A stretch of DNA of 64,000 bases, taken from assembly GCA_014905635.1 (NCBI GenBank), contig JABVCE010000018.1, positions 558,001 through 622,000 on the forward strand. The letters are read 5' to 3'. Shown in pieces: positions 22,630-32,119 of the stretch. The notes beneath the pieces are model-generated. The model had not been told where the DNA came from and made no database searches. It worked only from the letters and a program-made list of their open reading frames with translations. The translations under genes and the position numbers were made by a program. The stretch is from Scenedesmus sp. PABB004. Lineage: Eukaryota. The stretch's first letter is position 1; every line of letters starts with the position of its first letter.

Positions 22630-23094
22630 ATGTTGCGGGCCTGCGCCTGCGCCGCTGCCTACGCCGCTGCCGCCACCACTCGCGGCCTCGCCGACGCCAC
22701 GCCGTCCGCCGCGCCCAGCGCCAAGGCGCTCTACCGCGAGCTCTGCAAGCACATCAGGAGACTGCCCAAGTGCGCCCGGCGCGGGGGCGCGCCGCGCGGG
22801 CACGCGCGGTGCCGCTGCTGCTACTCGCGAGCGGGCCGCCGCCGCCGCCGCCGCGGCAGGGAGGCGCGGCTGTATTACCGCAACTACGCGCGGCAGCACT
22901 TCACCAACTACACCGACGAGGCCGACCCCGCGGCGCTCGCGCGCCTGCACGAGCGTGCGCGCGCCGACGCGGCCTGGGTCGTGCAAAAGGTGCGCCGGCG
23001 CGGGGCCGGCGGCGGGCCGGCGCGCGTCACCTCGCCCGCGAGGCCGCGCGTCCGCCGCGTCCGCGCCCGCCGGCCGCAGTACGCCAAGCAGTGA
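22630..23094 (+). CDS. LYR-motif (Complex1_LYR) protein, LYRM9-like; 2 introns
   Basis: ALYRELCKHIRRLP..YYRNYARQHF....E.D.....L..RA..DAAWVVQKY. Confidence 0.8.
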   Translation: MLRACACAAAYAAAATTRGLADATPSAAPSAKALYRELCKHIRRLPKCARRGGAPRGHARCRCCYSRAGRRRRRRGREARLYYRNYARQHFTNYTDEADPAALARLHERARADAAWVVQKVRRRGAGGGPARVTSPARPRVRRVRARRPQYAKQ

Positions 23095-23118
23095 CGCGCC
23101 GGCGCGGCGCCCCGCGCG

Positions 23119-23330
23119 ATGGTGGCGGCGCGCGAGCTCGCGGCGGGCGCGGCGAGCACGGCGCTGTGGTGCTGCTGCTCGTCGCTGCTGATCATCTACA
23201 ACAAGCAGCTCTACGACGGCGGCTTCCCCTTCCCCTGCGCCGTCACGGGCATGGGCCAGGCACGGCGGCCGCCGGGCGCGGCCGCGGGGGGCACGTGCGG
23301 CGCGCCGGCGCGTGCGCCGCCCGCCGCCCA

Positions 23331-23370
<40 letters not shown>

Positions 23371-24363
23371 GCCCGCCGCCCACGCCCGCGCCTCGCGCCG
23401 CCCGCGCCCGCCCCCGGCGCGGGCAGGCGTTCTCCGCGCTCGCCGGCCTGCTGCTCGGCGCGGCGCGCGTGATGCCGCTGCGGCGCCCGCCGCGCGCGCG
23501 TCCGACTGGGCGGCGCTCGCGCCGATCGTGGCCTGCACCGCCGCCACGATGTGGCTCGGCAACGCCGCGTACATGGCGCTGAGCCTGAGCTTCATCCAGA
23601 TCCTCAAGGCCTTCACGCCCGCGCTCACGCTGCTCATCGGCGCGGCCGCGGGCGTCGAGGCGCTGCGCCCGGGGCTGGTGCTGGCGGTGCTGCTCATCGC
23701 CGCCGGCACCGGGTGCGCGGCGCGGTCAGCGGCGCGGCGCGTGCCCGCGCCGCCGCGCCCGCGCGCGCGCCCGCCGCGCCCGCGCGCCCACGCGCCGCCC
23801 GCCGCCGGACGCGCCGCGCGCCTGGCCACCGCAGCGCCGCGGTCGCAGTCGAGAGCGGCGCGCCGAGCTACAGCGTCGCGGGCCTGCTCGTCTTTCTGTG
23901 CTCCAGCGCGACCGAGGCGGGGCGCGTCGTGTGCAGCCAGCTGCTGCTGGGGCCCTATCGGTACAACAGCGCCGAGGTGCTCGTCTACGTCGGCGCGCCC
24001 TCCGCGCTCGTGCTGCTCGGGGGGTCCCTGCTGCTCGACGGCGGCGCGCTGGTGCGGACCGGCGGCGCGCTGCTCGCGGCGCGGCCGGCCGCGTTCCTGC
24101 GCGCGTGGTGCATGAGCGGGCTCGTCAACCTCACCAGCTACCTCGCCATCTCGACCACGAGCTCGCTGACCTTCAAGGTCGCGGGCTGCCTCAAAAACCT
24201 GGCGGTCGTCTGGTACGGCGTCGCCGCGCACGGCGACGCGATCGGGGCGGGGCACCTCGCCGGCTACGCCGTCTCGGTCGCCGGCTTTGCGCTGTACAGC
24301 GCGCTCAAGAGCGGCGCCGGCGCCAGCGCGGCGCGGCGGGGCGGCGAGAAGAAGGCGGCGTGA
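23119..24363 (+). CDS. Triose-phosphate / nucleotide-sugar transporter family protein; 3 introns
   Basis: LIIYNKQLY..GFPFP, GNAAYMALSLSFIQILKAFTP, TSSLTFKVAGCLKN; about 10 hydrophobic helices. Confidence 0.9.
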
Positions 24364-24848
24364 GCGGCCGAGAGGATGGGATGTGAATCGCGTGTGTCAT
24401 TTTGACCGTCGTTTGACCGCGACGTTGGAGCTCCGCCGCTCGCGCCGCGCGACCCCAGAAGCAGGCTGCTGGCAGCACGCCAGCCGCGGCGGCCGCGCAG
24501 CGGGAGCTGAGCGCGACGGGCGCTGCGCGGCGGCGAGCAGCGAGCAGCGGTGCGCGCGATGGCCGCCGCCCGCGCCGGCGCCGGCGCGCGTCTGCGGCGG
24601 CGGCCGCGATTCTGACGTCGTGCGTGGTCGACGAGACGGAGCGGCAGGTCTTCGACACAAGGCAGCCGCGCCAGCCCGCAGCGCGACAATTCGGCAGCGC
24701 GTGCGTGGCGGCGCCATGGATCCGCATGATTAGAGGCAAGCGGGAAGGCGGGACAAGCCCGCGCAGCAGTCGAAACAACCGTGCTGCTGCGGTCCAATCG
24801 CCGCGCCGCGCCGCGCCGCACGTGCTGCGCGCGCGCGCCCCGGCGCAC

Positions 24849-26241
24849 CCAGCAGGAACGCCGCGCCCTCCAGGCACACCGCGGCGCCCAGCAGCACCTG
24901 CCAGGCCGCGGCGGCGAGCTCGGGCGGCAGCGCGGCGCCGTGCGCCTCCAGCGGCGGGCCGGCGCTCGCGCGTCCGAGCCACCTGCAGATGTCCGCCCCG
25001 CGGCCCCGCGCCCGGGCTGCCCGCTGCGCGTGCCCGTCGCCCTGCGCGCCGCACCTCGCGCAGCACTAGGTTGGCGCTGTACGCCGCCTGCACGATGTAG
25101 CGGCAGACGCGCGCCATGACGGCGTCGACGTTGATGTCCTCCTGGTCCTCGGTCAGCTCCTCGATCATGCGCTCGAGCGCCGCGAGGCTGAACGCCCCCG
25201 TGCCGACAAGCCTGCTGTGGGCGGGGAGGGACCGGGAGAGTCCGCGGGACCGGGAGAGTCGGCGGTCGGCAGGAATGGTGCGCGGCGCGCACAGTCGCGC
25301 GCGCGCGCGCGAGGCAGGACGCAGCGCTCACGTCTCGACCGCCCGGAGCACGCGGGTGCGGGCGGCCATGCCCCCTGAACCCTTGCCGGTCCACCCGCGG
25401 ATGAGGTCGCCGGCGCTGCCGTCGCGGTAGTCGCCCACCTGCGTACGAGCGGCGGCAGGCGGCAGGGCGCGTGTGCCGTGACGGCAGGCCGGCTGCCGCC
25501 AGACTGAGCGTCCAGCGGGCACCCAGGCCCAGCCCCAGCCCAGCCCCGCTGCGCGCGCGAGGCGCTCACGCTGAGCGCAGCCAGCACGACCGCGGCGGTG
25601 ACGCTCATGGTGGCGCCGAGGCCGAGCTTGGCAGAGAACTCCTGCCAGAACGTGGTCAGGTTGCGGTACACAAGCGTGTCGGAGCCGTGGCTGCCGTCAG
25701 ACCGCGGGGGCCGGCCGATGCGCACGAGCGTGAGCTCGCTGACCTCGTCCAGAAGGCCGAGCGCAGCGACTGCGGGCGCGGTGGGCGGGCGGCGCGCGGC
25801 GCGCGGGCGGGCGGGCGGGTGAGGGCGGGCCGCCTCGGACCTGCGGGCAGGCGGCGGGGCGGCGCTCACCGAGCCAGTCGTCGTCCTGCGTCATCAGCAC
25901 GACGCGCACGCTGCGGCTGTCCAGCCCCGCCGCGCGGCACGTCTGCAGCACCGCGCCGCGCAGCATGAAGTCGGCCTCGGTGCCGGCGCCGCTGCCGTAG
26001 ACGTGGTACTTCACGTGCGAGGAGGGAACGAGCGTCTTCATGCGCACGTCGTCGCTGGTCAGCACGCGCAGCGCGGCGGCCAGCTGGCGGCGCGTGTCAG
26101 CCTCGAGCGCCGCCGCGTGCTGCTCGTCGCTCGCCAGGGGGTCGCTCTGCACGCCGGCGTGCTTGTACGGCGCGTACGACGTCTCCATCACGAGCTGCGG
26201 GCGCGAGCGTGCCGGCCCGGCGGCAGCGGCAGTGAGTGTGA

Positions 26242-26273
<32 letters not shown>

Positions 26274-26720
26274 GAGGGGGGCGCGGCGCGGGGCGGGGGC
26301 AGGGAGGCGCGCGGCGGCGGTTTAGCTCACCGCCACGTGCGTGAGCGAATAGTTGAGCCCCGCCTGCTGCATGTACGCGTCGACGCGCTGCACGACCTGC
26401 CTGGCAGCCACATCGGGGTTCTCGCTGAGGCCGTCCCCGACGTACTGCAGCCGCGACACGTCGTAGGGCACCTGCGCGCGCGGGCGTGCCTCGGCGCGCG
26501 GCGGGGCGCGGCGGCCCGCCCCGCCAGGTGCCTGCGCGCCGCCTTGCAGTTACGGCGGCGGGCGCAGCGGCGGGCCCATGCGCCGTGCTCACCACCGTGT
26601 TCTCGGGCGGAAGGCCGCCGAGGAACGAGGCGCCCGGCACGGGCGGCAGCACGCGCACGCTCGAGAAGTCGGCCGGCCCCGCCTGGACAATCGGGCTGAT
26701 GCCCAGCGCGCCCATGTCGC
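24849..26720 (-). CDS. Multi-exon hypothetical protein with PIN/XPG-FEN1-like acidic motifs (both ends uncertain)
   Basis: Clear GT-AG exons with coding bias. Motifs GTEADF, VVLMTQDDDW and LSVGDY occur in XPG-like order. Confidence 0.45.
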
Positions 26721-27221
26721 CTGCGGGAGGGGCGCGGGCGGGGAGACGAGTGCTCGGCGCACCGCACTGCGTGGCGGCGCGCGGCGCGCAAGCGCGGCGC
26801 AGCGCTGCTGCTGCGCGGCCGCCGCCGCCCATGCGAGGACCCAGGCCCCCAGGCGCCTTCCCGCGCCGATCGGCAACTCCCCTGGCCTACCTGGCGCACG
26901 CCGGGGCGACCGGCGCGCCCACGCGCAGGAGCGGCGGCCGCGGCGCCGACGGCGCCGATTTGCGGTTCTGCGGCGGGCGCTGCGACTCGCAGCGCCCGCC
27001 GCACCGCTCGCAGCCTGCGAGCGTCGGTCGCGGCATCGCAGCGACTCGGGAGTCCGTCCGCCGTAGAGAGCGGCGCCACGCCACTCCCCGGGAACGGCCG
27101 CCGTGGCTGACACCCAGCCGCAGCTTCAGACGCAGCAGCATCAGCAGCTGCAGACGCAGCAGCTACGTCGCCTGCCTGTCGCCTGCCCGTCTCGGCCTGC
27201 CAGCGCGTCGTGTCGGGCGCC

Positions 27222-29266
27222 ATGGACTGCACAGTGCGGCTGCACGCCGGCGTTGACTTCGACTGTGAGGCCGTGCTCAGAGAGGACGCCCGGTTGGACG
27301 CGCTCGCGGCGGCCCACGACGCGTCGGTGGCTACAGCGGCCGCGGCGGCGTTTGAGGCGGAGGCGCTGCGCAGCGCGGTCGCGGTCTGCCTGGACGCCGC
27401 CCTGGACGCGCTGGAGGTCCTGTACGTGCAGAGGGACGACGAGCCGCTCTCGGCAGTCGCGCTGGCGCACGGCAGCTGGGCGCAGGAGGCGGAGCCGGAG
27501 CCGTGCGCCCCCGACACGTGGCTGCGCGGCGCGGTGCCCGTGGCGCCGCCGCCCCCGCGCGCCTGGCGCTCAGCGCCGGCGGCGGCGCCGGCCGGGAGCT
27601 GCCGGCGCCGAGAGCGGGCTCGCTGCCGGGCTCCTCGCTGGCCGCGCGGCCGGGCGGATCGGCCAGCGCCAGGCGGCGCGGCGCGTCTGCCGGCTCCAGC
27701 GGCCGCGCGTCGTTGGCGGGCCGCAGCAGCTCGGCGCAGCCGGCGCGGCCGGGCAGCAGCAGCAGCCTGTTGGGCGCCGCCGGCACGCGGCGCGGCAGCA
27801 GCGCGGCGCAGTCGTGCGCGGCGGAGCAGCCGGAGCAGTCGCCGCCGGAGCAGCCGTCGCCGCCGGAGCAGCAGCCTCGGCCGCCCGCGCCGCCGGGGGC
27901 GACCGACCCGGCGCGCGCGGCGGCGCGGGCGGCGCGCGGCGCGGAGGACCGGCTGCGGCAGGAGCTGGCGGTGCGGCGCGCGCAGGAGGCGCTGGCCGCG
28001 GAGCTGCGCGCGCGCGACGAGGCTGCGCGCAGCGCGCTCGCCGCGACGGCCAAGGAGCTCAAGGGCCGGGACTTCACGACCGACACGCGCGGCGCGGTCG
28101 TGCCGCTCAGCCGCATCGCAGCCGACGCGCTGCCCGCGCCGCCGGGGCCGCAGTTCAGGCTGCAGCAGGCGCCGCCGGCGGGCGCCGAGCCCGGCGCGCC
28201 GCGCGCCGGCGGTGGCCGCGGAGCCGGCCGGCTGGGCGGCGCGGCGGACGCCGGCGCGGCCGCGGGGCCGGGCGCCGGCGCGGCACCCGGCGGCGGGCGG
28301 GCCCGCGCGGGCCGCAAGCCGGGCGGCGCTGGCGCCGGCGCCAGCGACTACGTGCCCGCGCCCAGCACGGCGCAGCCGCCGGTGCTCGAGACGCTGCGGC
28401 CCGCGCCGGGCGTGGTGCTGCGCGCGGGCGGCGGCGCCAAGCTCGGCCCCCGGCGCAACGCGAGCGAGCAGGTCACGCGCAGCGCGTACCAGGCGACAGC
28501 CAAGGCCAACAACCTGGCGGCGAGCCGCGCAGCGGCGGCGGGGCCGCCCGCGGGCGCCCGCGCGGGCGCGCGGCCGGGCGCGGTGGGCGGCGCAGCTGCC
28601 GCCGCCGCGGCGGCTGCGGCGGCGGCGGGCGGCAGCAGCAGCAGCAGCGGCAGCGGCAGCAGTGGAGGCAGCGCCGGCACCAGCAGCGCCAGCGGCGCCA
28701 GCGGCCGAGCGTCGCCCGCGGCCGCCACGTCCGCTGCCGGTGGGCGCGCGTCGCCCGTGCCTGGCACGGGCGGCGCTGGCTGCGACGGGTCGCCCGCTGC
28801 TGCTGCACAGGCCAGCATCCTGTCGGCGGCGGGCACCGACGGCACCGCCGCGGCGCGGTCAAGCGCCGGTGGCGGCCGCACGCTGCTACAGCCCGCGTGC
28901 GGTGCCTGCGCCGCAGCGGCTGGCCGGCCGCCCAGCCCAGACGTGAACCTGGCGCTGCTGGCCGCGCCGGACTGGGGCGAGGCGGGCAGCGGCAGGTACG
29001 ACCCGCCGCCGCCCGCGGTGGCGCCGCCGACCGCGAAGCAGCTGCGCGAGGAGTGTGCGTGCGCCGCGCGCCGGCACGCGGGTGGTGCTGCGCGCGAAGC
29101 GCCCCGCACGCCCCTGAATGAGCTGAGCGCCTGCTCCCACCGCCGCCGCCGCGCCGCAGTCGGGCGGACCAGCTACCTCCCGAAGCACCGCGCCCCGCTC
29201 GCCACGCTGCGGCCGCCGCGTGTGGCGCCGGGGAGCGCCAGAGCGGCGCACAGTAGGGGGTCGTGA
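27222..29266 (+). CDS. C2orf81/DUF4639-like protein (apparent frameshift near 27550)
   Basis: WAQEAEPEPCAPDTWLRGAVP motif, then a coiled coil and KELKGRDFTTDTRGAVV in the adjacent frame. Confidence 0.55.
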
Positions 29267-29482
29267 TGACCCGTGTTGAGCGGTGCCCGCGGCGGCAGCG
29301 GCGGCAAATGCGCGCGTGCGCGTCCCGCCCGGCCGCCGCGCGCGCCCCAGGCAGCGCCGCGGCCCCCCACGCCAGCATCGGCGCTGCGTCGCGCCCAGCA
29401 GCGCACTCGCGGCCCCCTGGCCGCAATGGTGCTGCGGGCGCACGCGCCGAGTCGCAGGCGCCGTCACGCCGCCCCGCCGCGC

Positions 29483-29520
29483 GCGGCTAAGTAGCTGCCG
29501 CGCGGCAGCTACTTAGCCGC
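29483..29520. repeat. Perfect 38-bp palindrome upstream of ELIP copy 1
   Basis: gcggctaagtagctgccgc followed directly by gcggcagctacttagccgc. Confidence 0.95.
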
Positions 29521-29643
29521 CAGCCCCCCAGCCCTCCCCAGCGCTCCCCACGCGCCACAGCTCACCCTCTCTCGCACGATCGCACCTGCAGCCGCCCACC
29601 AAGCAGCCGCAGCCCCCGCCCACCTCGCTCGCTCATCGCCACG

Positions 29644-30620
29644 ATGCTGCGCGCCAGCCCCGCCGCCGCCGCCGCCACGCGCGGCCTGGGCCGCGCCGCC
29701 GGCCTCCCCTGCCGCGGCCTGCTGCCCGCCACGCCGCTCGCCGCGCGCCGCGGGGCAGCCGTGGTGCGCCGCTTCAAGGACGGCGACGACGACCGCGCCA
29801 CCGCGCCGCCCGAGCTGCGCCGCCTGAACGAGACCCGCCTCTCGCCCGAGCAGCTCAGCGAGGTGCGCCCACGCGCGCGCGCGGTGCCGTGGGGAAGCCA
29901 GCACGACGGCGGCGCCGACGCGCGCGCGCGTGCTGCCGCCGCTACGCGCAGGTGGCGACCAAGGAGCCGGGCAACGTGAGCCCCCGCATGGCCGAGCTGC
30001 GCGCCGACCTGGGCACCGCGGCGGGCGACCTGCAGCAGCTGCAGACCTTCGACGGCCCCGCGCCCGAGACCATCAACGGCCGACTCGCCATGCTGGTGCG
30101 GCGCGCGCGCGCGCCCGGCCACCGCGCGCTCGCCTGCCCTGCGCGTCCCGCCGACCCGCCGCGCTCGCCCGCCGCCGCGGGGCGCGCAGGGCGTGCTGGC
30201 GGGGCTGGTCGGCGAGTGGAAGACGGGCCTGGGCCTGCTGGAGCAGACGGCGGACCACCCGGTGGTGGTGTTCCTGAGCTTCGTGCTCATCTCCATCGCC
30301 ACCTACGTGCCCCTCGTCAAGTGAGCCCCGCCCCGCAGCGCGCGCCGCGCGCAGGCTGCGCGCACGCGCCCGCGGCGCGCGTCTGGCTGACCGGCTGACC
30401 GCGCGGCCCTCCCGCCCGCGTACCGCGCCGCAGGGGCTACACGCGCAAGGAGCCGTTTGCCAACTCCTTCCTGGGGCTTGCGTGGACGCCTCGCGCGGAG
30501 AACTGGAACGGCCGACTGGCGATGATCGGCTTTGCGGGCATGGTGCTGACCGAGGCGGCGAGCGGCATGAACACGCTGCAGACCTACGGCCTGCAGTCCT
30601 GGATGCACGCCATGCACTGA
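29644..30620 (+). CDS. ELIP: Early light-inducible protein (three-helix LHC-like), copy 1; 3 introns
   Basis: FDGPAPETINGRLAML and WTPRAENWNGRLAMIGF LHC motifs; transit peptide. Confidence 0.93.
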
Positions 30621-30743
30621 GGCCGCCGCGCTGCCTGGGGGCTGACTCGCGCGACTTGAATTACCGGGCGCGCTGCGCACCTTCGCGAGCGCGCGCGCGT
30701 GACCGCTGACCGGGCGTTGCGCCGCCGGGGGTGGGCGGCAGAC

Positions 30744-30748
30744 TGTAA
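30744..30748 (+). promoter_or_regulatory. TGTAA polyadenylation signal of ELIP copy 1
   Basis: Chlorophyte UGUAA signal about 125 nt after the stop; conserved in copy 2 (ttaca at ~51009). Confidence 0.6.
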
Positions 30749-30777
30749 CACCAGGGACGCGCACACACGCCGCCCGC

Positions 30778-31511
30778 TCAGCGCCCTCGCGTCGTCGTCG
30801 CGTTGCCGGCGGCCGGCAGCGACGCGCAGGCGGTCACCGCGACGGCGCTGCGGTCGGCGCCCGCGGCCGGGCAGGTGTCCCCGTAAACCAGCCGGAAGCC
30901 GCACGCGCGCGCAAAGCCGCTCGCCACTGTGCGACGAGCGGCGGCGGCGGCGGCGGGCGAGTCGGGTGAGGCGCCGGGGGCGCGCGCCGGCCAGCGCGCG
31001 CGGGCGCGCGGCGCGCACGCGAGCGGTAGGTGCTGGCGTCGTTGCCCGCCAGCTGCACCGCAAAGGCCAGCACGCCCGGGTCGCAGGAGCAGAACGCGAT
31101 GTTGAACGCGCACGCCGCGGCGCAGCAGGCGCGCGACGGCGGCGGCGCCGACGCGATGAAGGCGTCGACCTGCGCCTGCGTGACCGTGACCGGCGCCGCC
31201 GGCGCGCCGCCCTGCGGCGCCTGCGGCGCGCGCGGCGGTGGCGGCGGCGTGGAGCGTCGCGCGTCGCGCGGGTCCCACGCCTGCCGGCGCCCGCCGCCAG
31301 CCCCCGGCGGCGCGCGCGCCTGGGCGCCGAAGAACGCCTGCGCGGCGGTGAAGACGTCGGCGCAGGCGGTCTGGACCTCGGTGCCGCTGTTCACGCAGGC
31401 CTCGGGGATGGCGGAGAGGTCGGGCGCGGGCGAGGCGGCGGGCTGCGCGGCCGCGCCTGCCGCGAGGCAGGCCAGCGCCAGGAGCAGCGCGGCGCGCGCG
31501 GGCGACGGCAT
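30778..31511 (-). CDS. Small secreted Cys-rich protein, nsLTP/prolamin-like, copy 1; 2 introns
   Basis: Signal peptide; C-x10-C...PPPSRACC...CSC...C-x9-C spacing; ends TTTRGR*. Confidence 0.7.
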
Positions 31512-32119
31512 CGTGGCGGGATTGGGCAGGGCGGTGAGTGGGCAGCGGGGAGTGGGGCTGCGGCGGCAGCGCGCGGCGCTGGCTTGCGGCTGCGCGCACC
31601 TGCCGCCTGAGCCCCGGACCTGACACCTGCCGCCGCGCGAGCGAAGTTGACGTTGGCTCCCGCCCTGGCGCTCGCAGGGGACTGTGGACGACACACCGCG
31701 CACGGCACGCGCCGCGCAGGGCGGGCCGTGCGTGCAGCGGCGAGCAGCAGCCGGCGAGCGCGCGGCGCCGCGCGCGCCCGGGAGCGGCGGCGGCCCGGGC
31801 GACCGCTCTGGCGCGTGTGACCGCCGTGTAGGCGCGGGCCGGCCCGGCAGGGCGCCCCGAAACCTGCTGCGGGCGCCGGCGGCGGCCGACAGCAGCGGCG
31901 CTGCTCAAGCACGGCGCTGCTCAAGCTCTCTCTGTTTGAACGGTTGCCCTGCCGTGGCGCCGCCTGCTGCTGCTCAGCTACCAGCTCGCCTCGGCGCTCG
32001 CGAGCCTGCGCGCGCTCACGGCGCGGCCCGCGCAGCGCTGCACCGCGACGCCAAGCCCGCCCACGCGTTCACAGAGAACCTGACCAGCCACAGTGATTGA
32101 GCAATCCCAGCAAAAAGGG

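Larger units (their letters stand above)
29298..31906 (+). repeat. Left arm of ~2.6-kb inverted segmental duplication (partner 49861-52423)
   Basis: Reverse-complement match through ELIP, the nsLTP-like gene and both upstream regions. Confidence 0.93.
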
